Source: Paludibacteraceae bacterium (GTDB lineage: Bacteria > Bacteroidota > Bacteroidia > Bacteroidales > Paludibacteraceae). Taken from it: a DNA stretch of 64,000 nt. Both the position numbers and the translations under genes were made by a program. The stretch lies in assembly GCA_045132415.1 (NCBI GenBank), contig JBGUSG010000003.1, positions 106,004 through 170,003 on the forward strand, written 5' to 3'. Shown here one piece after another: positions 9,594 to 19,310 of the stretch. Below the pieces are notes generated by a model. The model had not been told where the DNA came from and ran no database searches. It saw only the letters and a program-made list of their open reading frames with translations. The number at the start of each line of letters is the position of its first letter. Positions within the stretch are counted from its first letter, which is position 1.

Positions 9594-10702
9594 AGAATGC
9601 GTTGTATAGTTTTCTCTACATTCGCTGCGGCGAAGTCAGGGCACATGGCTATTTCCAGCGGAACTTTCTCCTCCAAGATGGGATAGATGCCTGCAAAGCC
9701 CATTTGCTCGACACTTTCGCACATTTCCACGCATCCACCGATAGCTACAACAGGTATCCCTTGCTTCTTGGCACGAGCCAAAACGCCTGCGGCAGTCTTA
9801 CCTTTGGCTGTTTGGAAATCAATCTTTCCCTCGCCTGTAATAATCAAGTCAGCATCTTGGATTATTGCGTTGAAATCGATAGAATCTAGCACCATTTCTA
9901 TGCCTCGTTGGAGTTTGGCATCAAGGAATGCTCTGAATGCACCACCCATACCACCTGCGGCGCCAGCACCTGCCACGGGTATGATATTGATACCGTATTT
10001 GTTTTTGATGACATGGGCAAAAGATGTCATGCCCGCATCTAGTTTTTTCACCATCTCTGCATCGGCTCCTTTTTGCGGAGCGAACACGGGTGCTGCGCCT
10101 TCTGGACCGCAGAAGGGTGTGTCCACATCACATGCTACAATAAACTGTGCTTCTTGCACGGATTTTGGCACAAAAGTGTCGTCTAAATCGGCGATATCTT
10201 GCAATCTTCCACCACGGCAGTCGGTAATCTCTTTTCCGTTGAAATCGTAGAATTTGAAGCCTAATGCTTGCAACATACCCGTGCCAGCATCGTTGGTCGC
10301 ACTGCCTCCAATACCTACCAAAAACTGGCTGCAGCCTCTTTGAATGGCATCCATAATCATCTCACCTGTGCCATAAGTGGAGGTCATCCAAGGATTGCGT
10401 TCTGCGGGTTGGAGTAGGGGTAAACCACTGGCAGCTGCCATCTCAATGATGGCTTTTTCGCCTGCAATGCCGTAGCGTGCTTGAATTGGGCGACCTAACG
10501 GGTCGCTGACCGTGCAACGTACAATCTCGCCGCCCAATGCCTCTACTACGGCTTCTACGGTACCTTCGCCACCATCAGCCACATTTACTTCTACCACCTC
10601 GCAACTGGGATACACGGCTTTAATACCACGAGTAGCTGCTTGTGCTACTTCTACGGAAGTAAGTGATCCCTTGAAAGAATCGGATGCTATAACTATTTTC
10701 AT
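9575..10702 (-). CDS. glxK: glycerate kinase
   Basis: 375 aa. MKIVIASDSFKGSLTS... and the GGSATNDAG motif typical of the GlxK/GarK family. Confidence 0.9.
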   Translation of the reverse strand: MKIVIASDSFKGSLTSVEVAQAATRGIKAVYPSCEVVEVNVADGGEGTVEAVVEALGGEIVRCTVSDPLGRPIQARYGIAGEKAIIEMAAASGLPLLQPAERNPWMTSTYGTGEMIMDAIQRGCSQFLVGIGGSATNDAGTGMLQALGFKFYDFNGKEITDCRGGRLQDIADLDDTFVPKSVQEAQFIVACDVDTPFCGPEGAAPVFAPQKGADAEMVKKLDAGMTSFAHVIKNKYGINIIPVAGAGAAGGMGGAFRAFLDAKLQRGIEMVLDSIDFNAIIQDADLIITGEGKIDFQTAKGKTAAGVLARAKKQGIPVVAIGGCVEMCESVEQMGFAGIYPILEEKVPLEIAMCPDFAAANVEKTIQRILKNKRH

Positions 10703-10703
10703 T

Positions 10704-10718
10704 GTTTAGTGTTTAGAG
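10704..10718. repeat. word repeat GTTTAGTG-GTTTAGAG (G1)
   Basis: Sits directly between the gntP stop and the glxK start. The same words occur at 35460, 45327 (reverse complement) and 54922. Confidence 0.7.
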
Positions 10719-11972
10719 TTGAGCGGTGAGAAAATACATGCCGATGCTACCTAAGGTGAGGATTAAGCCGACTAATGTTTCATAAGGAATGAGGTGTAAG
10801 CGTTCGCTGACGGAGAAACCCATTGAACCACCTGTGGCATGGAAGAATGAGCCATGGGGTAGGTGATCCAGAGTGGTAGCACCCGCATTGGTCATTGCTG
10901 CTCCCCATGCGGCAGCTACTCCCGCTGCCAAAATGGCTTCGCCAAACGAAGCCGAAGCGATGGTAGCACCAGCGGTGGTGGAAGCGGTGGCTGCAGACAT
11001 CAGCGCACCTGCAATGGGAGCCATGAATGTACCGCCATTGCTCCAACCTGCCAACATGCCCACCAATACATCCTTAATTGCAGATGCCTTGATGATACCT
11101 GCTAGTGTACCTGTACCTACCAGCAAAATCGCGATGCCCGACATCTTCTCTAAACCATAGGTTAGGCATGCTGCTGTCTCGCGCCATTTGCCAGTAGCAA
11201 CAATACCTACTATACCACCTACGGGCAAAGCAATCATTGGGTCAATCACAATGCCCGCAATAGGGCGTAGTGCCAACAGAATAATGGTGACAATAGGGCC
11301 TAAAAGACTGCGCCATAGAGCAGGTAATGCCTCCTGGTTGCCGCGTTCTGTAGCTTCATCGCCAACCATCAAATCACCTTTTGGAATCAACGGTACGATA
11401 ACAAACACTGTGAAAATCAATCCTATTATTGCAGGTACAATACCTGCTGCCATCACGGATGAGAGGGGAGCGTCGAAGTTCTCCGCTGCGATAATCGTAT
11501 TGGGATTAGGCGATAGGATGTTGCCGCATTTGCCGCCACCAATCATAGCTAATAGCAGTTTGAATCTCGACAAACGCAGGCGGCAACCCATGATAATGGC
11601 GATAGGGGCAATTGTGATCACAGCCACATCAATAAACACGCCCATACCCGTAAGAATCATTGCAGAGATGGCTAATGCCAAGTAGATATATTTCTCGCCT
11701 AATGCCTTGATGATACTTTTGGCGATAGTGGTGGCAGCGCCTGTCCTGACGAGCATACCGGTGAGTACGCCTGCAGCAAGGATACGCACAATGGCGGGGG
11801 CGATATCTTTAACTCCGCCAATCATATGGGCAACGGTAGTTTCTAAGCCCCAACCAGCCAACAATCCGCCTACGATGGCACCCAACATCAAACTGAAGAC
11901 GGGTGACACCTTGCGAATGATCAATACGATGGAAAGTAGCAGTCCGATGACCGCTGCCAATGCACTATTCAT
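10713..11972 (-). CDS. GntP-family (gluconate/glycerate:H+) permease
   Basis: 419 aa, about 12 TM helices, Gly/Ala-rich GntP-like sequence. It forms an operon with glycerate kinase. Confidence 0.8.
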   Translation of the reverse strand: MNSALAAVIGLLLSIVLIIRKVSPVFSLMLGAIVGGLLAGWGLETTVAHMIGGVKDIAPAIVRILAAGVLTGMLVRTGAATTIAKSIIKALGEKYIYLALAISAMILTGMGVFIDVAVITIAPIAIIMGCRLRLSRFKLLLAMIGGGKCGNILSPNPNTIIAAENFDAPLSSVMAAGIVPAIIGLIFTVFVIVPLIPKGDLMVGDEATERGNQEALPALWRSLLGPIVTIILLALRPIAGIVIDPMIALPVGGIVGIVATGKWRETAACLTYGLEKMSGIAILLVGTGTLAGIIKASAIKDVLVGMLAGWSNGGTFMAPIAGALMSAATASTTAGATIASASFGEAILAAGVAAAWGAAMTNAGATTLDHLPHGSFFHATGGSMGFSVSERLHLIPYETLVGLILTLGSIGMYFLTAQL

Positions 11973-13495
11973 CGAAGCAGATATTTTTTGCCGTTGTTAA
12001 TGCCAATTCCTATATAACTTTCGGGGTCAATAGGTTGCCCCAAAACATTATACCATTGTCCAGTTAATAGTATGGTGACATTTTCTACTGAAGTAGGTTG
12101 TGTTGTAGTGATGAATTCACATGTAATCAGTCCATTAATCTCTTGGATATTCTTCAATTGATTATGTGGGAAGGTTGTATATGTGGTTATTTTTGCTGAA
12201 CCAGGGAATGGAACTTCTGGTTTTGGTTTGGTAGTCGTATAGGGAGAAGAAGTCTTCTTCGCTGAAACCAATAAGTAACGGGCAATATAGTCATTGGGAC
12301 AATTGCCGAACCAGTCTTGTTCATCAAATATGACACGCCAAATCAATAATCCATGACCAGGTAAGTATGCATCCCAGCCCTCTTGCTGACGATTTTCAAG
12401 GTAATAAACTGTATCTGTGCGGTATGGACCAGCATTCACATGTTGTTCATTGTGACTAATCATGTAGGTTGTCTTACCATCTGCTGGGATTTCAAGCGTT
12501 TGTGATTCAGCTAGCACTTCAGGTTCCAACCAACCCAAATAATACTTGTCATACACTGAATAATTAGGCGGGGTATTGCCGTCGTTGAGGTAATTCCCAT
12601 ATCCCATCAACGACCATGCTCCTGGTGTATATCGTTGATTAACAGCAGGATTATTGCTGGTTAGGTAGTAATCTGGTAGTCCCAATACATGGCTAAACTC
12701 ATGGCAAATTGTACCAATACCTGCACGTGCATTGTTGCTCTTTTTTATCTCGTTGGAACACGCGTAGTTGTTTAGCAATTTGCCATCAATCTCAGGCAAC
12801 TTGTAGTTTGTAGCAGATGTTGCGAAATATTCTTGTTGATTTGTATAACCAAAATATAAGGCAGAAATCAAATCCCAGTTGTGAGGCCAAACAGCATCCG
12901 CACCACCACCTTCTGACTCCGCGTAGCCAGCGTAGATAATGTATACAAAATCCACCATGCCATCATTGTCATTATCATATTCAGCAAAATCAACACCTAA
13001 TTCATCTGCTCCTTTGCATGCATCAATCACAAAATCAACGACATATTGATCGTTTCCGTCTAGTTTGTTTGCTCCGTAGTATGCCATTGATTGTGGCAGA
13101 ACTACTGGTCCAACCACATCAAAGTGTGGCACGTATTGTCCGTTGGATTGATCTTTGAAATATGCTTGGCATGAACCATTTGCTCCATTGTAAGTGTAGT
13201 TTTCTCCGTTTGCAAGCGAGTCAAACGCCTGAATGGTATTCGTTTCTGCAAACGTAACATCTGAAAAATTTACCAAAATCAATAATCCACGGGGTGCAAG
13301 ATTGATTTTTGGGGTTTGACGTGGAGCCACTTTTTGTATATTCTTTGCAGCATCGTGTGACACTATTGTAAAAGGCGCGCGTGCGCGATAGGGTTCCACT
13401 AAATCCAATCCTGGTAGAGGAGCTACGGCAAATGCATTTATTCCTACTATCCAAAGCAATGCCGCTATAGCGGCGCGATAAATACTCTGTTTCAT
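11969..13495 (-). CDS. secreted M6-like (immune inhibitor A-type) zinc metalloprotease with T9SS C-terminal sorting tail
   Basis: HEFSHVLGLPDYY zinc motif, signal peptide MKQSIYRAAIAALLWIVGINAFA, and tail ...WYNVLGQPIDPESYIGIGINNGKKYLLR. The track start (13522, TTG) lies inside the -7 box at 13520-13527, so I use ATG 13495. Confidence 0.75.
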   Translation of the reverse strand: MKQSIYRAAIAALLWIVGINAFAVAPLPGLDLVEPYRARAPFTIVSHDAAKNIQKVAPRQTPKINLAPRGLLILVNFSDVTFAETNTIQAFDSLANGENYTYNGANGSCQAYFKDQSNGQYVPHFDVVGPVVLPQSMAYYGANKLDGNDQYVVDFVIDACKGADELGVDFAEYDNDNDGMVDFVYIIYAGYAESEGGGADAVWPHNWDLISALYFGYTNQQEYFATSATNYKLPEIDGKLLNNYACSNEIKKSNNARAGIGTICHEFSHVLGLPDYYLTSNNPAVNQRYTPGAWSLMGYGNYLNDGNTPPNYSVYDKYYLGWLEPEVLAESQTLEIPADGKTTYMISHNEQHVNAGPYRTDTVYYLENRQQEGWDAYLPGHGLLIWRVIFDEQDWFGNCPNDYIARYLLVSAKKTSSPYTTTKPKPEVPFPGSAKITTYTTFPHNQLKNIQEINGLITCEFITTTQPTSVENVTILLTGQWYNVLGQPIDPESYIGIGINNGKKYLLR

Positions 13496-13599
13496 ATAAA
13501 ATTGTGTTATTTTTCTCTGCAAAGGTACGATTTTTTTGCAACACTACAAAAAAAATGTACTTTTTTATTAAAAAATTTGGTCATATCAAAAAAAAGCAG

Positions 13600-13607
13600 T
13601 ACCTTTG
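13600..13607 (+). promoter_or_regulatory. -7 box of the conserved tRNA promoter cassette (tRNA-Arg)
   Basis: TCAAAAAAAAGCAGTACCTTTGCACCCGCTTTTGAGAAG. Confidence 0.7.
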
Positions 13608-13627
13608 CACCCGCTTTTGAGAAGCAT

Positions 13628-13701
13628 GGTCCGTTAGCTCAACTGAATAGAGTACCACACTACGGATGTGGGGGTTGCAGGTTTGAATCCTGCACGGATC
13701 A
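13628..13701 (+). tRNA. tRNA-Arg (anticodon ACG)
   Basis: Acceptor GGTCCGT/ACGGATC, anticodon arm CCACA-CTACGGA-TGTGG, T arm GCAGG-TTTGAAT-CCTGC. Confidence 0.85.
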
Positions 13702-13712
13702 CAAAAAAAGTA

Positions 13713-13746
13713 AAAAACGCTAAAGAATTCTTTAGCGTTTTTTGTT
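13713..13746. terminator. bidirectional terminator (tRNA-Arg / yqiA-like gene)
   Basis: AAAAACGCTAAAGAATTCTTTAGCGTTTTT, a perfect palindrome with A/T runs on both sides. Confidence 0.75.
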
Positions 13747-14301
13747 TTATGTATTCATTGCATCACCAAGTTTGTGCTTAATGTAGTGTTCGTCGGTGAA
13801 GTGGGAACGGAGGTGAGACGTCATCTCCGCATGGGCAAAGAATTTCTGGTATTCGCGTTTGATGTCTTCGCCTAGGTTGGGATCGTGAGGCGTATAATGA
13901 CAAATCGTTTCAGGCGTGTCCTTAGGCTTAAATGCCTTGAAACGAAAGAGATCCTGCATAGTGAGTTTGAACTCCGTTTCGCCATTCTCGCGGCGACCTC
14001 GGTATTTGTTTACACCGACTGCTTTTTTCAATGAGGACATAGGATTGAGGACAGGATTGATGACGATTTTGCGCCCTGCGAAATCGGCGCAGAGGACGTA
14101 GAAGCCGCCAAGCGAACTGCCTATCAAATACTTGACATCTGTATTCGATTTGATAAAGTCATTTATTTTCTTCACCGATTCTTCCACATGGTGATTCACT
14201 TCCAACGGACACCACTCCAATTCTGGGTAGTATTTCCTGAAGTTCGTAATTGTATCAGAGTGTATTGAACCCGCAAAACCGTGGATGTAAACTGCTTTCA
14301 T
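13747..14301 (-). CDS. YqiA/YcfP-family alpha/beta hydrolase (esterase)
   Basis: 184 aa. MKAVYIHGFAGS... with the nucleophile elbow GSSLGG. Confidence 0.65.
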   Translation of the reverse strand: MKAVYIHGFAGSIHSDTITNFRKYYPELEWCPLEVNHHVEESVKKINDFIKSNTDVKYLIGSSLGGFYVLCADFAGRKIVINPVLNPMSSLKKAVGVNKYRGRRENGETEFKLTMQDLFRFKAFKPKDTPETICHYTPHDPNLGEDIKREYQKFFAHAEMTSHLRSHFTDEHYIKHKLGDAMNT

Positions 14302-14316
14302 CTATTTTTGATTATG

Positions 14317-14342
14317 GATTAGTTAGTGATTAGTTAGTGATT
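14317..14342. repeat. tandem word repeat GATTAGTTAGT x2
   Basis: GATTAGTTAGTGATTAGTTAGTGATT immediately upstream (minus sense) of the yqiA-like ATG. Confidence 0.7.
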
Positions 14343-14382
14343 CTGCTACCTTCCCGCTACCATTCAACTATTGAAAGTAAAA

Positions 14383-14418
14383 ATAAAAGAGCGTGTCATA
14401 TCGGCACACTCTTTTATT
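14383..14418 (-). terminator. intrinsic terminator of leuS
   Basis: AAAAGAGCGTGTC-ATATCG-GCACACTCTTTT about 20 nt after the leuS stop, with a T-run on the minus strand. Confidence 0.7.
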
Positions 14419-14436
14419 ATATTATAAGGTGTCACC

Positions 14437-17244
14437 TTACATCACGATATTGACAATCTTGCCTGGAACGACGATGACTTTCTTTGGAGCGGCGCCGTTC
14501 AATTGTTTAGCGGTCAGTTCGTGAGCCATAACTACTTTCTCCACTTCCTCGCGTGGAGTATCCTTTGCCACCTCAATCGTAAAGCGTACCTTACCATTGA
14601 ATTGAACAGGGTACTTTTGCGTTGCCTCTACTAAGTATGCCTCGTTGCACTCTGGCCACTCGGCATGGCAAACAGAACCTGTTTCGCCACAGAGGTGCCA
14701 TGCCTCCTCAGCAATGTGAGGAGCGTATGGAGCAAGCAAGATAGCGAAAGTCTTGAGGATCTCGACCTTGTTGCACTTGAGGGCTTGCAACTCGTTTTGC
14801 GCAATCATAAAAGCAGGGATAGAGGTATTGAATGAGAAGTTCTCAATATCCCAAGTAATCTTCTTGATGAGTTTATGCAAGCTACGCAATTCCTCTGCTG
14901 TTGGTTCGTCGTTGGAGAGGGTCTCGAACATGTTCCACCACTTGCGCAAGAAGCGGTGTACGCCATCAATACCGTTGGTATCCCAAGGTTTGGACATCTC
15001 AAGAGGGCCGAGGAACATCTCGTACAAACGCAATGTATCTGCGCCATACTTGGCCACCACATCGTCTGGGTTCACCACATTGAACATAGACTTAGACATC
15101 TTCTCAACTGCCCAACCGCAGATGTATTGCTTGTCGGTAGGAGTGCCCATGTATGGGTTGTCAATGTCGGTAGTACCATCCGAATAGATGAACTCCGCAT
15201 TCTTGAACTCAGGCATCCAGTTGCGGAAGGCATCAATGTCCAAAACATCGTTCTTAACGATATTCACGTTCACGTGGATAGGTTGTACCTTATCTTTGTA
15301 CTCTGGGTTATCAATGAGGTTGTAGCTGATAAAGAGGTTTCCCGTTGCGCCTTCGCCAATATAGCGATATACGAAGTTGGAGCGACCTTGAATCATACCT
15401 TGGTTGATAAGTTTCTTAAATGGCTCATCCTCGCAGATATAGCCGAGGTCATAGAGGAACTTATTCCAGAAACGACTATAGATCAAGTGACCCGTAGCAT
15501 GCTCAGTACCACCAATATAGAGGTTGACTTGACGCCAGTAGTCGTTGGCCTCTTTGCCCACAAGCGCAGCGTCGTTGTGGTTGTCCATATAGCGGAGGTA
15601 GTAAGCCGATGAACCTGCGAAACCAGGCATGGTGCAAAGTTCGAGTGGGAAGATATTGACATTGTCAATCAACGACTTAGAGACTACTTGGTTATTCTTT
15701 TCGTCCCATGCCCAGAGGTCGGCATTGCCGAGAGGAGGCTCGCCTGTGGTAGTAGGTTTGAAGTCAGACACCTCAGGCAAGAGGAGTGGCAGGCACTCTT
15801 CTGGGAGCATATATGGCATACCATCCTTGTAATATACCGGGAATGGTTCGCCCCAGTAGCGTTGGCGGCTGAAGACCGCATCGCGGAGGCGGTAGTTCAC
15901 TTTCACACGACCGAGACCGGTATTGGTGATATGCTCTTTCATCGCTTGGATAGCGTCTTTGACTTGCATGCCATTGAGGAAGCCCGAATTGATCATCACG
16001 CCCTCTTTGGCATCGAAGCTCTGCTCGCTGACATCGGCACCCTCAATGAGTGGGATAATAGGCAAGTTGAAGTGCTTAGCGAACGCATAGTCACGGCTGT
16101 CGTGCGCAGGTACCGCCATGATAGCACCTGTACCGTAACCGCTCAATACATAATCACTCACGTAGATAGGTATCTCAGCTTTGGTGAGAGGGTTGATAGC
16201 ATACGAACCTGTGAAGACACCTGTCACATGGCGGTCAGCAATACGCTCACGCTCAGTACGGTTCTTCACCATTTGCAGGTACGCCTCTACCTCTGCTTTT
16301 TGCTCCTCGGTCGTCACACGAGCCACATACTCGCTCTCTGGAGCCAATACCATGAAGGTGACACCATATACAGTATCCGCACGGGTAGTAAAGATGGTGA
16401 ATGGCTCGTCTTGACCTTTGATAGCAAAGCGCATCTCAGCACCCTCGCTACGGCCGATCCAGTTGCGTTGGGTTTCCTTGAGGGAGTCGGTCCAATCCAC
16501 AGTATCAAGACCTTGGAGGAGGCGTGGCGCATAGGCACTCACGCGGAGGTTCCATTGGCGCATGACGCGTTGCTCTACAGGGTAGCCACCACGAACAGAG
16601 AGGCCTTCGCTCACCTCATCGTTGGCAAGCACACAACCGAGTTGTGGGCACCAGTTCACCTTGGTATCAGCCAAATAAGCGATACGGTAGTTCATAAGGC
16701 GCTCTTGTTGCTCTTGCTCGGAGAGGGTTGCCCAAGTAGGGTCCGTTTGCTCGAACTTCTCGATGAGTTTGCTGATAGGTTGTGCCTTTTGCAAAGAGGT
16801 ATCGAAGTAGGAGTTGAACATTTGGATAAATGCCCATTGTGTCCACTTGTAGAAGTCAGGGTTGCAAGTCTTCACCTCTCGATCCCAATCGTAGTTGAAA
16901 CCAATCTTTTGGAGTTGCTCGATATAGTGAGCGATATTCTCCATGGTGGTTTTCTCTGGGTGTTGGCCTGTTTGGATAGCATATTGCTCCGCAGGCAAAC
17001 CATAAGAGTCAAAGCCCATTGGGTGGAGGACATTGAAACCCTGAAGGCGTTTGTAACGGCTGTAGATATCGCTAGCGATATACCCCAGAGGGTGACCTAC
17101 GTGCAAACCTGCGCCCGATGGATAAGGGAACATATCGAGCACATAGAATGGCTTTTTGTCGCTTTGGTTACTTACGCGGTAAGTACCTGCTTTCGCCCAT
17201 TCGGCTTGCCATTTCTTTTCAATTTCAGTGAAATTGTAATCCAT
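14437..17244 (-). CDS. leuS: leucine--tRNA ligase
   Basis: 935 aa. Contains [16 protein letters not shown] (HIGH) and [10 protein letters not shown] (KMSKS) plus a CP1 editing domain. The promoter box is at ~17359-17366 (minus). Confidence 0.95.
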   Translation of the reverse strand: MDYNFTEIEKKWQAEWAKAGTYRVSNQSDKKPFYVLDMFPYPSGAGLHVGHPLGYIASDIYSRYKRLQGFNVLHPMGFDSYGLPAEQYAIQTGQHPEKTTMENIAHYIEQLQKIGFNYDWDREVKTCNPDFYKWTQWAFIQMFNSYFDTSLQKAQPISKLIEKFEQTDPTWATLSEQEQQERLMNYRIAYLADTKVNWCPQLGCVLANDEVSEGLSVRGGYPVEQRVMRQWNLRVSAYAPRLLQGLDTVDWTDSLKETQRNWIGRSEGAEMRFAIKGQDEPFTIFTTRADTVYGVTFMVLAPESEYVARVTTEEQKAEVEAYLQMVKNRTERERIADRHVTGVFTGSYAINPLTKAEIPIYVSDYVLSGYGTGAIMAVPAHDSRDYAFAKHFNLPIIPLIEGADVSEQSFDAKEGVMINSGFLNGMQVKDAIQAMKEHITNTGLGRVKVNYRLRDAVFSRQRYWGEPFPVYYKDGMPYMLPEECLPLLLPEVSDFKPTTTGEPPLGNADLWAWDEKNNQVVSKSLIDNVNIFPLELCTMPGFAGSSAYYLRYMDNHNDAALVGKEANDYWRQVNLYIGGTEHATGHLIYSRFWNKFLYDLGYICEDEPFKKLINQGMIQGRSNFVYRYIGEGATGNLFISYNLIDNPEYKDKVQPIHVNVNIVKNDVLDIDAFRNWMPEFKNAEFIYSDGTTDIDNPYMGTPTDKQYICGWAVEKMSKSMFNVVNPDDVVAKYGADTLRLYEMFLGPLEMSKPWDTNGIDGVHRFLRKWWNMFETLSNDEPTAEELRSLHKLIKKITWDIENFSFNTSIPAFMIAQNELQALKCNKVEILKTFAILLAPYAPHIAEEAWHLCGETGSVCHAEWPECNEAYLVEATQKYPVQFNGKVRFTIEVAKDTPREEVEKVVMAHELTAKQLNGAAPKKVIVVPGKIVNIVM

Positions 17245-17445
17245 AAAACTATTTATGATTTAATTATTTAGCATTTATTCATTTCCTATTTCGGCTTGGC
17301 AGCCTCAAACAATCTGCTTACACCGTGGTCATTTAGGCGTGACCTTTGCGCTGCAAAGGTACTACAAAAATTGCACATATGCAAATTTTTAACTGTTTTT
17401 GTGGCGAAAGTTATCTATTCATTTAGAATAATTATACTCTTTCAT

Positions 17446-18891
17446 TTACACAAACAAGTCATCCAATGTTATAGTATGCATAAAGTCGCTGGAGTATTCG
17501 TTATACTCAAGACCATAAGTAGTGATGAGTATCGGATGTATGGCAGTCTTGCGAGATAAATGCTGAAGGAGTAGATTGGTACGATGCACTAATTTCTGGT
17601 GATAGGACTTGTTCACAGCAAAGTCTTCGCTATAAAATTTCATCTCGCATAGATTGACTATATTATCTTTTCTACTAATAAGCAAATCAATCTGTGTACC
17701 TTCGTGTTCGTTATCTCCTATCACCGACCAAGCGGATTGTGTAGATGAAATGCCACCTATTTGCAATGCGCGTTTTATTTGATCTACATGGCGGAAACAC
17801 AAGTCCTCAAACGCATATCCTCGCCAAGCATTGATTTTAGGCGATAGTACATTGTTCATCCAGAACTCATTATCCATCTCTTTTTGTCCCTCAATAAAAC
17901 GAAGATAAAATAAGCAGAATGGGTCTATGAGCTTATAGTGTATATTGCGTTTGCTTTCGCCGAAAGGTACGTATTTCTCAATAAAATCACTTGCCACAAG
18001 TGCATTGAGCCACTTAGTAAGTTCGCCATTAATAGTTATTTGCGCAGTTGTGGCTAATTCTTCGCGAGTATATCCTTTTCTTTTCATTGCGAGGGTACGC
18101 ACTATCCGCATCATCTGTTCGGGATTGGAGAATACTGATTGGAATAAACGTGTGAACTCATTGTTGAGTTTCGCGTTTTTAGCAAAGAATAGTTCATCTA
18201 TGTTTTGTGCCAAACTCTTCGCGCGTTGGAAATAATTCATATAGTATGGAATACCACCTAAAATCATATTCGCTTGTGCGATGTCATAACGCGACATACG
18301 TATCCCTCTGCTCTTGTAAAAGAGTTCGCATTCCATTAGATTGAATGGAGATAATTTTATTTCGTAGGTAGTACGTCCGTATAGTCCACCATGATTATTA
18401 ACCAAGTTGTCTATCATCCAAGAGTTGGCACTACCACAAACGACAAGCATGATATTTTGACGGTGGCATGCCCAAGTATTCCAAAAACTCTCCAAAGCAG
18501 TGATGAATCCACTGCGTGGTGTATCCATCCATGGCAATTCATCTAAGAAGATAACCTGTCTGCTGCCATTGTCTGTCTGTTGCAGATGTTGCTCCAGCAT
18601 AAAAAAGGCTTCTAACCAATTCTTAGGACAACGGCTTTTGCGCATGCCATGTAGCTGCAATGATTGGTAGAAATGTAGTAGTTGTTGCTTGAGATTATTC
18701 GATTGTCCGCTCTCGTCTATAGGGCTTAATCCTGCATGACGAAATGTGATTTTGCCACGCAATGCTTCATCTATAAGAAAGGTTTTGCCCACACGACGCC
18801 TGCCATATACCGCAACAAACTCAGACTTCTTGCTGATATACAGGCGTTTAAGCTCGTCCACTTCTTTTGTTCTTCCTATTAAACTATCCAT
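17446..18891 (-). CDS. ATP-binding protein (archaeal-ATPase/AAA N-domain + DUF234-type C-domain)
   Basis: GRTKEVDELKRL...AVYGRRRVGKTFLI (Walker A), FLDELPWM (Walker B) and a C-terminal IDLLISRKDNIVNLCEMKF (PD-(D/E)xK-like). The track ORF extends to 19152 but runs through a -7 box at ~18967-18974 (minus), so I start at ATG 18891. Confidence 0.75.
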   Translation of the reverse strand: MDSLIGRTKEVDELKRLYISKKSEFVAVYGRRRVGKTFLIDEALRGKITFRHAGLSPIDESGQSNNLKQQLLHFYQSLQLHGMRKSRCPKNWLEAFFMLEQHLQQTDNGSRQVIFLDELPWMDTPRSGFITALESFWNTWACHRQNIMLVVCGSANSWMIDNLVNNHGGLYGRTTYEIKLSPFNLMECELFYKSRGIRMSRYDIAQANMILGGIPYYMNYFQRAKSLAQNIDELFFAKNAKLNNEFTRLFQSVFSNPEQMMRIVRTLAMKRKGYTREELATTAQITINGELTKWLNALVASDFIEKYVPFGESKRNIHYKLIDPFCLFYLRFIEGQKEMDNEFWMNNVLSPKINAWRGYAFEDLCFRHVDQIKRALQIGGISSTQSAWSVIGDNEHEGTQIDLLISRKDNIVNLCEMKFYSEDFAVNKSYHQKLVHRTNLLLQHLSRKTAIHPILITTYGLEYNEYSSDFMHTITLDDLFV

Positions 18892-19310
18892 AAAAGTTAT
18901 CTTTATTCCGCCACGAAACGTGCTTTTTGCAAACTCATAGCGGATTATCTTAATGTTTTTGCGCTGCAAAGGTAGTGATTTTATTTGGTTTGTGCAAATG
19001 TTTTTTGTATTTCTGTCAGAAATCCCCGATTTTTGGGTTTTGCAAGACATATAAAGTTTCCTGCAGATTAGGCGACCACCATAGGAGATCTCTGGGACAT
19101 CTGTGGGCTTTCGGTGGCTTTCTATAAATGTGTCTCTATAATAATGCTGCAAAAATCTTCGGCACGGAAGGAGTTTTGTGCCGAAGATTTGTATGTTTTG
19201 CTATAGAAGGGTGCTTAAAGCAAGCGGAAGGTGTTGATTACCAACGCCTCCCGCTTGGGTGATTTTTTTGTTATTTTTCTTCTTCGTGCCGAAGATTGTG
19301 CCGAAAGTTT

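Noticed and set aside
15688-17271. 527-aa + strand ORF, plus other long ORFs opposite known genes: 14875..15612, 48519..50345 (608 aa), 3741..4514, 5622..6344, 4902..5468, 36523..37230, 37551..38033, 44024..44632, 23912..24988, 9687..10250 and 11188..11685.
   Set aside because: Each is antisense to a gene with unmistakable family motifs (leuS, glgP, lpxA, glnS, rnfB/C, udk, tkt, glxK, gntP). Their products are low-complexity or His/Arg/Val-rich with no motifs and no upstream -7 box. They are typical shadow ORFs.
17446-19152. N-terminal extensions of ORF-track entries: 17446..19152, 11969..13522, 26700..27242, 28660..29751, 30332..31216, 31557..31892, 42473..43126, 43991..44653, 52843..53208, 19311..20954, 46281..47057, 33829..35103 and 36220..37197.
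   Set aside because: The longest-ORF start either lies inside or upstream of a TAnnTTTG -7 box, or precedes an obvious signal peptide, lipobox or conserved N-terminus. I used the first ATG downstream of the promoter.
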